This document shows, piece by piece, positions 9,981-20,621 of a stretch of DNA of 64,000 nucleotides. Made by a program: the position numbers and the translations under genes. The notes under the pieces are model-generated. The model was not told the origin of the DNA. It did no database searches and saw nothing but the letters and a program-made list of their open reading frames with translations. Position 1 is the stretch's first letter, and every line of letters starts with the position of its first letter. The DNA comes from Candidatus Falkowbacteria bacterium (lineage in GTDB: Bacteria; Patescibacteriota; Patescibacteriia; Patescibacteriales; UBA12465), in the NCBI GenBank assembly GCA_009885285.1, contig VFKX01000007.1, positions 5,046-69,045 on the forward strand, written 5' to 3'.

Positions 9981-10634
9981 TTACTTTAAGTCCTTGCTAT
10001 AACGATCCGCCAATGTCTTGACTGCGGCCTCCGTTAATAATAAATTTTTATAATTCAAAATATCCAGTAAATTGATATTCTCAAGATTAATGATCTTCAC
10101 ACCTTTTAAATTACGGCCGGAATACTGAGCTTTCTCGTTCTTAGAATCGTTGATGACGAGTAAATCACGGCGATCATTCAATAACACCTTCTTCTCAACG
10201 GCTGTGATCATGGCGTTAAAAGGCTTAGTCTTGAACTCGGTGAAGTCAAGATTTTCCATCACTACCAAGGTGCCAGTCAAAGCTTTATCAGATAAACCCA
10301 TAAATAAGGCTTTCTGCTTCATCTTTTGATTGATTTTAACCTTGAAGTTACGGTCTTTTCTCGGACCAAAGGTGACACCGCCACCAATCCAGATAGGAGA
10401 GCGGCTGGAACCAGCACGAGCACGGCCAGTACCTTTCTGTTTCCAAGGCTTCTTACCGCCACCAGAAACTTCGCTTCTATCCTTAGTATGGGCTAAGACC
10501 TGGCGGGCATTAGCTTGACTGGTAACGACTGCCTGGTGCAATAATTCGTTATTTGGCTTGATGCCGAAAACTTTAGCTGATAATTCTAAATCTTTAACAG
10601 CTTCAGCGGATTGATTGTAGACTTTAATATTCAT
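9981..10634 (-). CDS. rplD: 50S ribosomal protein L4
   Basis: 217 aa, L4 family, operon position. Confidence 0.9.
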   Translation of the reverse strand: MNIKVYNQSAEAVKDLELSAKVFGIKPNNELLHQAVVTSQANARQVLAHTKDRSEVSGGGKKPWKQKGTGRARAGSSRSPIWIGGGVTFGPRKDRNFKVKINQKMKQKALFMGLSDKALTGTLVVMENLDFTEFKTKPFNAMITAVEKKVLLNDRRDLLVINDSKNEKAQYSGRNLKGVKIINLENINLLDILNYKNLLLTEAAVKTLADRYSKDLK

Positions 10635-10659
10635 ACGATTCGTGATTCACTTTTTTAAA

Positions 10660-11445
10660 TTATTTCGTTTCTTCGGTCTTAACTTCCTCCTGAACCTCTA
10701 CTGCTGGAGTAGCAGCTACAACTTCAGGAACGACAGGAGTTTCTTCAACCGCGGTTTCAGCTATTGGAGCTTCCTCTTTCACTTCTTCCGGCTGAGCGAC
10801 AACTTCTGGCTTCTTAGAATTCACTTTCAATTCGCCAATGGCGCTGATAGTGATGAAACCGTTGATTGCTCCCGGAACTGCACCTTTAACGAAAATGATA
10901 TTTTTCTCTTCATCGATAGCAGCCACTTCCAAATTTGTAGTAGTCACTTTTTCTCCGCCCATTCGGCCACCCATGCGAGTACCCTTAAAGACGTGAGCCG
11001 GACCCTTAGGACCGATGGAACCAGGCATTCTTTCCTGATCCTTGTTACCGTGGGTCTTTCTGAAACCAGCGAAGTGATGACGTTTAACGACACCCTGAAA
11101 ACCTTTACCTTTTGAGGTGCCGGTCACATTAATCTTGTCGCCGACAGAAAAAGCATCAACAGTGACGACATCGCCGGCGTTAAAATCAGCGGCGTTATCC
11201 ATCCGGAATTCACGGACATGAGCTGGCATGACGCCAGTTTTCTTATAATGACCTAATTGAGGCTTATTAATGTTCTTTTCCTTACGGACGCCATAAGCTA
11301 ATTGCAAAGCATTATAACCGTCTTTAACCTTGGATTTCACCTGGGTAACAGTGCACGGACCAGCCAAAACCGGAGTAACGGCCATCACTGCGTCGCCAGA
11401 CCAGATCTGAGTCATGCTTAATTTTTTTCCGCTGATAAATTTCAT
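10660..11445 (-). CDS. rplC: 50S ribosomal protein L3, with an acidic Glu/Val/Pro-rich C-terminal extension
   Basis: 261 aa with an L3 core. The last 50 aa or so are low-complexity. Confidence 0.9.
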   Translation of the reverse strand: MKFISGKKLSMTQIWSGDAVMAVTPVLAGPCTVTQVKSKVKDGYNALQLAYGVRKEKNINKPQLGHYKKTGVMPAHVREFRMDNAADFNAGDVVTVDAFSVGDKINVTGTSKGKGFQGVVKRHHFAGFRKTHGNKDQERMPGSIGPKGPAHVFKGTRMGGRMGGEKVTTTNLEVAAIDEEKNIIFVKGAVPGAINGFITISAIGELKVNSKKPEVVAQPEEVKEEAPIAETAVEETPVVPEVVAATPAVEVQEEVKTEETK

Positions 11446-11463
11446 ATGTTTCTTTCCTTATAT

Positions 11464-11489
11464 AAAACAAAAACTGGTTTAGAAACCAG
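11464..11489 (-). promoter_or_regulatory. hairpin followed by a U-run, roughly 20 nt upstream of the rplC start; attenuator- or terminator-like
   Basis: Minus-strand RNA CUGGUU-ucua-AACCAG followed by UUUUUGUUUU. It lies in an unusual 207-nt rpsJ-rplC spacer. Confidence 0.3.
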
Positions 11490-11646
11490 CTTGAAAACCA
11501 AATAATAAAAATACTTTTACCAACTGTTTTTATTTATTTTGTTCGTTCGGCTGACTTTCCTCCAAATTTAGCTAAGATTCGCTTAAACACTTTCTATTGA
11601 ATAGAGTTATTCAGTCGTCTTTTAGCTAATTAAATATTACCTTAAT

Positions 11647-11675
11647 ATACTACTACATTTTTATTTCTACGTCAA
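11647..11675 (-). promoter_or_regulatory. putative sigma70-like promoter overlapping the rpsJ 3' end (TTGACG-N17-TAGTAT)
   Basis: Read from the minus strand. The -35 lies inside the rpsJ 3' end and the -10 sits immediately after the rpsJ stop. Confidence 0.3.
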
Positions 11676-11988
11676 CCCCAGCCGGAAGGCTAAGATTAGT
11701 TAAATCTTCGATGGTTTTAGCACTAGGATCAATGATATCAATCATACGCTTGTGGATACGCATTTCATACTGGTCACGAGCATCCTTATGAACAAAGGTT
11801 GAACTGTTAACCGTGTATTTACGGATTTCTGTCGGAAGCGGAATCGGCCCAAAGAATTGAGCGTCACTACGTCCAATAGTTTCCACAATGGTTTTAGTTG
11901 ATTGATCAATAATCTTATGATCAAAAGCTTTGATCTTGATTCTGATTCTCTGCTTGAATTCTTTCTCGTCTTTTTTGTTTTCGGACAT
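11653..11988 (-). CDS. rpsJ: 30S ribosomal protein S10
   Basis: 111 aa, S10 family, first gene of the S10 operon. Confidence 0.95.
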   Translation of the reverse strand: MSENKKDEKEFKQRIRIKIKAFDHKIIDQSTKTIVETIGRSDAQFFGPIPLPTEIRKYTVNSSTFVHKDARDQYEMRIHKRMIDIIDPSAKTIEDLTNLSLPAGVDVEIKM

Positions 11989-12015
11989 AATTATTAGTTA
12001 AAATATACACTACAG

Positions 12016-12042
12016 GCCCGCTCTCTACTTTAGAGGGCGGGC
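12016..12042 (-). terminator. stem-loop between tuf and rpsJ (GCCCGCUCUCUA / UAGAGGGCGGGC, one mismatch)
   Basis: 12-bp GC-rich stem directly after the tuf stop. The trailing U-tract is weak, so this may be a partial terminator or attenuator. Confidence 0.4.
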
Positions 12043-12050
12043 TAAAGTGC

Positions 12051-13241
<1,191 letters not shown>

Positions 13242-13358
13242 GTTTTTTGGTGTTAGGCCCCCGCTTACCACGGGGTTTCTTTCCTGGAAATCCAGGAAAC
13301 CAGCCGAACTTAATTAATTAACTTTTATTTAAAATATTTACAAACTAACTCAACTTAA

Positions 13359-13778
13359 TTATTCAATCTCCTGCGCCTTATCCTTTACTTTGGTGGGAAT
13401 CTGCCAAACCTTTTTTGGCTTATTCTCTTCCCCCAAGTAAACAGAATCATCTCGATTTTTCCACATCGAGATTTCGCGATTTATCTTATCAGTTAAATCT
13501 TCGTCTGTCAAATTTTCCGTTTCTTCAGAAACACTTGAAATATTAAGGTTTATTGCAGTTTTTTCAGTTTCTGCGACAGGTAGATTGGCAATGATCGGCG
13601 CGACTTTTTCAACAATGTTTTGAACTGCTTTACTTGGAGCGACATTTGCGAGCGCCGAGTAATTATCCAGACTCATAATTACGTAGGAGTCATCCGGAGA
13701 ACTACTATCTAGCACGACGACCTTGTCCCCGGTCTTCTTCACTAGCTCCAAGACTTTTTTTAATTGCTCTGGAAACAT
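13359..13778 (-). CDS. hypothetical acidic protein (139 aa) between fusA and tuf
   Basis: Complete ORF co-oriented with its neighbours. No P-loop or other motif. It is not part of the canonical str operon. Confidence 0.5.
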   Translation of the reverse strand: MFPEQLKKVLELVKKTGDKVVVLDSSSPDDSYVIMSLDNYSALANVAPSKAVQNIVEKVAPIIANLPVAETEKTAINLNISSVSEETENLTDEDLTDKINREISMWKNRDDSVYLGEENKPKKVWQIPTKVKDKAQEIE

Positions 13779-13790
13779 ATGTTATGAATA

Positions 13791-15869
13791 TTACTTGCCT
13801 TGCTTTTCTTTAATCTGTTCAAGAACGCTCTTCGGAACTTCAGTATAGTGGGAAAATTCCATGGCATAATTGGCACGACCTTGACTCATGGAGCGTAAGC
13901 CGGTTGAATAACCGAACATTTCCGCTAAAGGAACCTTGGCTTTAACAATCTTTAAGTTACCGCGATCAGACATTTCTTCGATCTGTCCACGCTTAGAGCT
14001 TAAATCACCGATGATATTACCCATGTATTCTTCTGGGGTAGAAACCTCAACTTTCATGATTGGTTCAAGTAAAACTGGTCCGGCTTTCTGACAAGCGTCT
14101 CTAAACGCATGAATAGCCGCCAGTTTAAAGGCGATTTCTGAGGAATCAACTTCATGGTACGAACCGTAGAAAACAGCCGCCTTAACGTCAACCATCGGAT
14201 AACCGGCCACTGTGCCACTTAAAACTGCTTCCTTAAAGCCCTTTTCAATAGCTGGGATGTATTCACGAGGAATAACACCGCCCTTAACTTCATCAGCGAA
14301 CTCAATACCCTTACCGGATTCAAGAGGCTCGACACGCAAAGCACAATGTCCGTATTGCCCCTTACCGCCGGATTGCTTGACATATTTATGTTCAGCTTCA
14401 GCAGCCTTAGTGATGGTTTCACGATATGAAACCTGAGGGTTGCCGACGTTAGCTTCAACGCCGAATTCGCGCTTCATACGATCAACGATGATTTCCAAGT
14501 GCAATTCACCCATACCGGAAATAAGGACCTGGTTGGTTTCCGGGTCAGTTTCAACGCGGAAAGTCGGATCTTCTTCAGCTAAACGCGACAAAGCGACACC
14601 CATCTTTTCCTGATCAGCCTTAGTTTTCGGTTCAACAGCAATCTTGATAACCGGTTCCGGGAAGACAATTGATTCGAGTAAAACCGGATAATTTTCATCG
14701 CATAAAGTATTACCAGTAGTAGTACTCTTCAAACCGATAACGGCGGCGATATCACCGGCACAAATTTCTTTAATTTCTTCACGGTGATTAGCGTGCATGC
14801 GAACCAAACGACCAACGCGTTCTTTAGTATCTTTTGAAGAATTAACAATGTAGGAACCGGCAGCTAAAACACCCTGATAAACGCGGACGAAACAAAGCTT
14901 GCCAACGAACGGATCGGTAGCAATCTTAAAAGCTAAGCCGACAAAAGGCTTGCCGTCTTCCGCATAAATAGTGATCTTATTATCGCTGTCGTTCATGTCA
15001 GTCACTTCCAATTTCGGAACATCCAAAGGTGATGGCAGATAATCATTGACAGCATCAAGAGCTAACTGGACGCCGATATTCTGTAAAGCGGTACCGCACA
15101 GGACTGGGTAAATTGCATTGGCAATCACGCCTTTTCTAATAGCAGCTTTCAGCTCTTCAGGAGTAATGACGTTGCCGCCCAAATATTTTTCCATGGTAGC
15201 CTCATCGCATTCAACAGCCTTTTCAATTAATTCATTGTGGAATTTAGCGACTTTTTCAACCATATCAGCTGGGACCGGGATTTCAGTGATATTAACGCCA
15301 TTCATACCGGAGAAGGTATAAGCCTTCTGAGTCAGAATATCAATAACGCCACTTAATTCGCTTTCTGCACCGATCGGTAATTGGATAGCGACAGCCTTCT
15401 GATTCAACCTAGTCTTAATGGAATTCAAACTCATGTAGAAATCAGCGCCCATCTTGTCCATCTTATTAACGAAACATAGGCGAGGAACGTTATACTTGTC
15501 AGCCTGACGCCAAACAGTTTCAGACTGCGGTTCAACACCAGCCTGACCGTCAAAAACAGCAATGGCACCGTCTAAAACGCGCAAAGAACGTTCGACTTCA
15601 ACAGTGAAATCAACGTGCCCAGGAGTATCGATAATATTAATTTTATTCTGCTTCCAGAAACAAGTAGTAGCAGCAGAAGTAATGGTAATACCTCTTTCTT
15701 TTTCCTGTTCCATCCAGTCCATTTCAGCGGCACCTTCATGCACTTCGCCGATCTTATGCTTCTTGCCGGTATAAAACAAAACACGCTCGGTAAAAGTAGT
15801 TTTGCCGGCGTCGATGTGCGCCATAATACCAATATTTCTAATGTTTTCCAAGGCGTAGTCTCTGGCCAT
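13791..15869 (-). CDS. fusA: elongation factor G
   Basis: 692 aa with [17 protein letters not shown] and the EF-G domain series. Confidence 0.97.
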   Translation of the reverse strand: MARDYALENIRNIGIMAHIDAGKTTFTERVLFYTGKKHKIGEVHEGAAEMDWMEQEKERGITITSAATTCFWKQNKINIIDTPGHVDFTVEVERSLRVLDGAIAVFDGQAGVEPQSETVWRQADKYNVPRLCFVNKMDKMGADFYMSLNSIKTRLNQKAVAIQLPIGAESELSGVIDILTQKAYTFSGMNGVNITEIPVPADMVEKVAKFHNELIEKAVECDEATMEKYLGGNVITPEELKAAIRKGVIANAIYPVLCGTALQNIGVQLALDAVNDYLPSPLDVPKLEVTDMNDSDNKITIYAEDGKPFVGLAFKIATDPFVGKLCFVRVYQGVLAAGSYIVNSSKDTKERVGRLVRMHANHREEIKEICAGDIAAVIGLKSTTTGNTLCDENYPVLLESIVFPEPVIKIAVEPKTKADQEKMGVALSRLAEEDPTFRVETDPETNQVLISGMGELHLEIIVDRMKREFGVEANVGNPQVSYRETITKAAEAEHKYVKQSGGKGQYGHCALRVEPLESGKGIEFADEVKGGVIPREYIPAIEKGFKEAVLSGTVAGYPMVDVKAAVFYGSYHEVDSSEIAFKLAAIHAFRDACQKAGPVLLEPIMKVEVSTPEEYMGNIIGDLSSKRGQIEEMSDRGNLKIVKAKVPLAEMFGYSTGLRSMSQGRANYAMEFSHYTEVPKSVLEQIKEKQGK

Positions 15870-16160
15870 ATTGAGTTACAATTATTGAATGATTTTTTAA
15901 ATTGATATTAATTTTATTGGAGAGCCTAAAAGAAACTGATTATCTTAGGTTATTCTCGCGCAGTATATTCTGATGTGTCTATGTGAGATAATCTGACTAA
16001 CTTGCTCTTTACTGGTTTTAGATGTGGTCTATGAATCGTCTGAGGAGTTATATTTTGAGGCGGATTTGCGGAAGAAATGAAGCGCGTAGTGTGCCGTATT
16101 TAACATACGGCGAACGAGCACTGGAGTTTCTGACAAAAAAGCCGTCCAAAATTTAACTTC

Positions 16161-16628
16161 TTATCTAGAGAAGTGAGCGAAAGCTTTGTTGGCCTCAGCC
16201 ATCTTATGAACCGCCTCCCTCTTCTTAACCGCTGTTCCTTCGCCGTTAGAAGCATCCAAAATTTCAGTAGCTAATTTTTCAGCAGTGGAACGACCCTTAC
16301 GGTCATTAGCAGCCTTAATAATCCAATTGCAAGCTAAGAAATAACGTCTTTCGCCGCGAACCTGGAAAGGAACCTGATAATTGGCACCGCCGACGCGCTT
16401 ACCTCTAACTTCAACCAAAGGAGAAACTTTCTTGATAGCCTTATTGAAGATATGGCGAGGATCCTGCTTAGTCTTGTCCTTTAAGATCTCAAAAGATCCA
16501 TAGACAATCTTTTCAGCGCCGCTTTTCTTGCCGCGTTCCATGACGTAATTAATAAACTTGGCGATATTGGTATCGTTATATTTGGAGTCGCCTTCAATTG
16601 TTCTTTTAGGAGCTGGTTTGCCTCTCAT
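16161..16628 (-). CDS. rpsG: 30S ribosomal protein S7
   Basis: 155 aa, S7 family. Confidence 0.95.
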   Translation of the reverse strand: MRGKPAPKRTIEGDSKYNDTNIAKFINYVMERGKKSGAEKIVYGSFEILKDKTKQDPRHIFNKAIKKVSPLVEVRGKRVGGANYQVPFQVRGERRYFLACNWIIKAANDRKGRSTAEKLATEILDASNGEGTAVKKREAVHKMAEANKAFAHFSR

Positions 16629-16639
16629 ATTATTTTAAA

Positions 16640-17062
16640 TTAAGCTTTTTTCGGTTTTTTAGCGCCATAGCAGCTTCTACCCTGACGGCGAGCCTCAACT
16701 CCGGAAGCGTCAAAGACACCACGGACGATCTTATAGCGGACACCCGGCAAATCTTTGGTTTTACCACCCTTAACTAAAACGATGGAGTGTTCCTGTAAAT
16801 TATGGCCCATGCCCGGGATATAAGCGGTGACTTCCATACCATTAGACAAACGGACACGCGCAATTTTACGTAAAGCGGAGTTCGGTTTCTTCGGGGTAGT
16901 GGTAGTTACCTTTAAACAGACACCCTGTTTAAAAGGAGCACCTTGAGCAGTGGTTTTCTTCTTACGATGCAGAGAATCAAGCGTTGTGTGAAGAGCAATA
17001 GCATTGCGTCTTTTTCCGAGTGATTTACGTCCCTGGCGTACCAATTGGTTGATAGTTGGCAT
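16640..17062 (-). CDS. rpsL: 30S ribosomal protein S12
   Basis: The [13 protein letters not shown] start at 17062 is the canonical S12 N-terminus. The ORF track's longer start adds 8 non-conserved residues. Confidence 0.95.
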   Translation of the reverse strand: MPTINQLVRQGRKSLGKRRNAIALHTTLDSLHRKKKTTAQGAPFKQGVCLKVTTTTPKKPNSALRKIARVRLSNGMEVTAYIPGMGHNLQEHSIVLVKGGKTKDLPGVRYKIVRGVFDASGVEARRQGRSCYGAKKPKKA

Positions 17063-17091
17063 AGACTTTATAATCTTGATAAGCAAAAATA

Positions 17092-17109
17092 ATCCTGAAT
17101 ATTCAGGAT
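17092..17109 (-). promoter_or_regulatory. 18-bp perfect palindrome ATCCTGAATATTCAGGAT in the rpsL leader, followed by a U-rich run
   Basis: Seen directly in sequence, 30-47 nt upstream of the rpsL ATG. On the minus-strand RNA it is followed by UAUUUUUGCUU. Confidence 0.4.
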
Positions 17110-17138
17110 GACCTTTAGTCTTTTTTTATTACTAATTC

Positions 17139-17167
17139 AATTTAACAAAATATAAAACATAAGTCAA
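17139..17167 (-). promoter_or_regulatory. putative str-operon promoter TTGACT-N17-TAAATT
   Basis: Read from the minus strand, upstream of the palindrome and rpsL. Confidence 0.35.
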
Positions 17168-17214
17168 GGCAGGCCTGATTCTCATTTTGAGCTAATATTC
17201 AGACCTGGGACTGT

Positions 17215-17814
17215 CTAAGCCCCAGCGATAATTTTAAAGAGGAAGTTGACGACTGGAGTGATTAAGCCGCCAGCCAGCATCACGAAGAGGATAACAAAAA
17301 TGAAACCGACGCGTTCGCTGCCCAAATACCTATCCCGAAGACCAACTGGCAAGAAGGTGGCCAGAATTTTCGACCCATCTAAAGGCGGTATTGGGACGAG
17401 GTTAAAGACCATTAAAATCAAGTTGATATAGACAATTATCCCCAAGAATGCAGAGAAGCTGACGCTAAAGAATGGTAAAAATCGCAAACAAAGTCCGAAA
17501 AAGACAGCAATTACCAGATTCGCTAAAGGACCGGCGGCGGCCACTTTAGCTTCCCCATATTTTTTATCGCTAAGATTAAAGGGATTATACGGAACTGGTT
17601 TAGCCCAGCCGAAAACAAAAGGCATGCCGGTAAGTATCATCACCAGAGGCATAAAGAAGGACCCGAACCATTCGAGATGAACAAGCGGGTTCAAAGACAA
17701 GCGACCGGCGCTTTTTGCGGTATTATCGCCTAAATAATGCGCCATCCAGCCATGCATATACTCATGGACAACGGCTGACATCAGAAACACGATTATTTGA
17801 AATATTTCAATCAT
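17215..17814 (-). CDS. site-2 protease family (peptidase M50) zinc metalloprotease, short form
   Basis: HEYMH (HExxH) sits within a TM helix, with an NLVPIPPLDG (LDG) motif. 199 aa, polytopic. Confidence 0.8.
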   Translation of the reverse strand: MIEIFQIIVFLMSAVVHEYMHGWMAHYLGDNTAKSAGRLSLNPLVHLEWFGSFFMPLVMILTGMPFVFGWAKPVPYNPFNLSDKKYGEAKVAAAGPLANLVIAVFFGLCLRFLPFFSVSFSAFLGIIVYINLILMVFNLVPIPPLDGSKILATFLPVGLRDRYLGSERVGFIFVILFVMLAGGLITPVVNFLFKIIAGA

Positions 17815-17835
17815 ATGGGGACATCATAGCACAAC

Positions 17836-17864
17836 TTGATTAATTTTAAAAATGCTGTTAGAAT
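17836..17864 (+). promoter_or_regulatory. putative promoter TTGATT-N17-TAGAAT for rpmB
   Basis: Consensus-like hexamers with 17-nt spacing, about 40 nt upstream of the rpmB ATG. Confidence 0.4.
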
Positions 17865-17903
17865 AAAACCATTAAAAAATCATGAAAGATAACCTCAAGT
17901 AAT

Positions 17904-18182
17904 ATGGCGAAAAAATGCGATTTATGCGGACGTAGCTCAACTAAAGGTGCTAGCCGGTCCCACTCCAAGATCAAAACCCTAAAAAGACAGAATATCAATC
18001 TTCAGAGCAAAAATGTTGATGGCTTAAAGGCTAAAATCTGTACTTCTTGTTTGCGCACTATGGATAAGCCGAAGCGCGTTAAGACCCCGAGAAAACCAGG
18101 TAAGCCTGAAGTTAAACCTGTCAGCAAGACCAGCATCAAGATGGCTGCCAGAGCTAAGGCTAAGGCTGAAGCCGCTAAGTAG
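17904..18182 (+). CDS. rpmB: 50S ribosomal protein L28, with a Lys/Ala-rich C-terminal extension
   Basis: MAKKCDLCGRSSTKGASRSHSKIKTLKRQNINLQ matches the L28 N-terminal family pattern. Confidence 0.85.
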   Translation: MAKKCDLCGRSSTKGASRSHSKIKTLKRQNINLQSKNVDGLKAKICTSCLRTMDKPKRVKTPRKPGKPEVKPVSKTSIKMAARAKAKAEAAK

Positions 18183-18206
18183 AATTTTCAAATCAAGATA
18201 TAAAAA

Positions 18207-18232
18207 AGGCGTTCTTAGGAACGTCTTTTTTT
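18207..18232. terminator. bidirectional intrinsic terminator (AGGCGUUC-uuag-GAACGUCU, then U7; A-run on the other side)
   Basis: It lies between convergent rpmB (+) and the 18305-18622 gene (-). Confidence 0.6.
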
Positions 18233-18304
18233 GTAGCTAAATATATTGCCAATAAAAAAGCCACTATTTATTAGCGGCTTAAATACTCTACATATAACTA
18301 TTTA

Positions 18305-18622
18305 CTATTCTTCTTTGCGTAGTTTCGAAATGCCGATCAGATTGCCGATATATACAACAGCTAGGGCGACCGATAGAACAACTGACACAGCAGCAACAAG
18401 ACCGAGGGCATCGGTCATAAATTTATCAAAGCTCGCAAACTCCGGGCTACCCTTGAAAAAGGAGGACACAAATAGCACGATTAGCACTTCGCCAACGCTC
18501 GCTACAAACACGAACACTCCGATTTTTGGGAATAATTTAAATATTCTGTCATTCCTTTTCTCCAGGATTTCTAGCTGCACGCGACGCCAGCCTTGATAAT
18601 CTTTAACTTCATTTAATTTCAT
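18305..18622 (-). CDS. hypothetical membrane protein (105 aa, 2 TM)
   Basis: ORF with hydrophobic helices, no known motif. Confidence 0.45.
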   Translation of the reverse strand: MKLNEVKDYQGWRRVQLEILEKRNDRIFKLFPKIGVFVFVASVGEVLIVLFVSSFFKGSPEFASFDKFMTDALGLVAAVSVVLSVALAVVYIGNLIGISKLRKEE

Positions 18623-18641
18623 TTTCTAATCTCCTTTGTAT

Positions 18642-19088
18642 TTAATGGTTAAAACAATAACTTTGATCAACGTTTTTGTAAGAATGACTACCAATCTCAA
18701 ATGATTCCCCATAAAGCACCCCTGTACCGAATCTTTCATTAACACGCCCAGTTTTATTATCCACTTTAAAAATTACCTGAACATTTCTTAAGTGAGTTTG
18801 TGATTCAATCTCACTTTTAGCTCGCTCCGGCGTGGCGCATTCATTCATAATCACATTAGCCTGATTAATCATGCCAGCAAGAGAGCTAGCTTGATAAGGG
18901 CTTCCTACTGGCTGAGGAGTCGGGTCGATAAATCTGGTCAGTTTTAACCGCCACAGTCCCAAAAAAATACCTCCTAGAACTATATATTCAATATTCTTTG
19001 AATAAAAATAATATTCTAAAGAATAGAAATAGTAAATCAAGGCAGTTATTAATCCTGCCACGATGGGATTAAAAATCATTCTTTTCAT
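18642..19088 (-). CDS. hypothetical protein with an N-terminal TM anchor (148 aa)
   Basis: ORF with an N-terminal hydrophobic segment and a Tyr-rich region. Confidence 0.45.
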   Translation of the reverse strand: MKRMIFNPIVAGLITALIYYFYSLEYYFYSKNIEYIVLGGIFLGLWRLKLTRFIDPTPQPVGSPYQASSLAGMINQANVIMNECATPERAKSEIESQTHLRNVQVIFKVDNKTGRVNERFGTGVLYGESFEIGSHSYKNVDQSYCFNH

Positions 19089-19133
19089 ATATTTTCCTCC
19101 GATATTTATTTGTTAATGAATAAATAATTTATA

Positions 19134-20567
19134 TCATTTTATAATACTCTTGTCAACTGTTTGAGCTTTACGGTTACTTAAGAAACGCTGCCAAAACATC
19201 ACAAATATGGTTAATAATAGATAATAAGCCGCGCCCTGATACCAATTAAAGCCAGATACTGTCACTGCCGCCCAAGAGGGCTCTGCCAGAATTTCCGATA
19301 CAACGAAGATATACTTGAGTAAGAAATAGGCAGGAGCTAAAAACACTATTCCCAGTGGTGGGATGATGGCCGCTCCCGCAATACCCAAGATAAGAGCCGC
19401 TAGGAGCGGAGCAAAAGTCCAGAGAACTAAAACATTGGCTAAGGGCGCGATAACCGAGAATTGCTTAAAATCAATGAGGGCAATCGGCAGGATGACGATT
19501 TGCGACACGAGCGTCATATTAACCGTCTCCAGCAAATTCTTAACTACTTTCTTGAGCCTGCCCTGCCCTTGCCAATTGCGCAGCCAGCGAGCAGTCAACT
19601 TCTCTCCCAGGGGATAAATATAGATAATCCCCAGCAGAGCTAGGAACGATAATTGAAAGCCGATATCATCACGCAAGAGCGCGGGGTTAATGGCTAACAT
19701 GACCGCCGCCGCCATCACCAAGGCTCTAATCAGCGAACTCAGCCGCTCGTAATAGACAGCCAGAAAGGCGAGGGCGCCCATCAAAGCCGACCGAACTGCC
19801 GAAGCTGATAGGCCAGTAATCAGTGGATAGACGAAGAGAAAGGCAAAGATAATTTTCAGCGACCGGCGGCGATAAAAGCCCAGAGCCATCAAGAAATTTA
19901 AAGCCATCGCGCTTAAAATCGTAATGTGGGACCCGGAAATAGCAATCATATGGCTTAAACCTACTCGCGCAAACACATCTAAGTCAGTCCGCAGCACAGT
20001 CCGGCGATACCCGAGTAAGAGAGCAGCGGCGAGTCCGGCCTGAGGCTCTGGTAAATTACGATTAATGACATATTTCAGGAATTGCTTGGCTTCAATTAAT
20101 TTCCCATATATTTCTTGCGGCCACGATAGCACTCCGTCCATCTTCTGTATTTTGGCGTAATACATCACTGAATATATATCATAACGTGCCAGATAACTTT
20201 CATAGTCAAAGCCCTCTATCAGGGGCGGAGATTTGAGCTCACCGCTGATTTTTAAGAAATCACCATAATCATAGACCGGATAAAGATTGGCGGTCACCAG
20301 CGCCTTGCCCTTAGCTCTTCGGCCTTCTAAGTCCCGCCCCAAGGCACAGACTGTCAGTCTCCGGCTTTTATAGTCAACATCCGCCTCCTCGCAGACCCGA
20401 CCGGAAAAGCTGATCACACTGCCATTATGCGCCGCTAAGTCAGTACTTCCAATCTCCTTTTTAAAAGCCTGAGGCGACAAACCGCGCAGGAATATAATGA
20501 TGATAAATATTAAATTTATCGCCATTAGTACTCGCGAAGGTGACCGCCAGAATAATTTTTGAGCCAT
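19134..20567 (-). CDS. comEC: ComEC/Rec2-family competence membrane protein, short form without the metallo-beta-lactamase domain
   Basis: 477 aa, polytopic, with a competence-domain-like core (LSHMIAISGSHITIL). No C-terminal MBL domain. Confidence 0.7.
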   Translation of the reverse strand: MAQKLFWRSPSRVLMAINLIFIIIIFLRGLSPQAFKKEIGSTDLAAHNGSVISFSGRVCEEADVDYKSRRLTVCALGRDLEGRRAKGKALVTANLYPVYDYGDFLKISGELKSPPLIEGFDYESYLARYDIYSVMYYAKIQKMDGVLSWPQEIYGKLIEAKQFLKYVINRNLPEPQAGLAAALLLGYRRTVLRTDLDVFARVGLSHMIAISGSHITILSAMALNFLMALGFYRRRSLKIIFAFLFVYPLITGLSASAVRSALMGALAFLAVYYERLSSLIRALVMAAAVMLAINPALLRDDIGFQLSFLALLGIIYIYPLGEKLTARWLRNWQGQGRLKKVVKNLLETVNMTLVSQIVILPIALIDFKQFSVIAPLANVLVLWTFAPLLAALILGIAGAAIIPPLGIVFLAPAYFLLKYIFVVSEILAEPSWAAVTVSGFNWYQGAAYYLLLTIFVMFWQRFLSNRKAQTVDKSIIK

Positions 20568-20587
20568 AATATAGAAAATTAACTAGG

Positions 20588-20615
20588 TTGCATATTTAAA
20601 CACAAATGATATAAT
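20588..20615 (+). promoter_or_regulatory. strong sigma70-like promoter TTGCAT-N16-TATAAT
   Basis: Near-consensus hexamers in the prfB-comEC intergenic region, pointing into a 100-nt stretch that ends at a terminator. Confidence 0.45.
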
Positions 20616-20621
20616 ATATCC

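Noticed and set aside
18183-18305. Possible small gene or tRNA in the rpmB / 105-aa-gene intergenic region
   Set aside because: There is only a bidirectional terminator hairpin. No tRNA-like T-arm or anticodon stem and no ORF.
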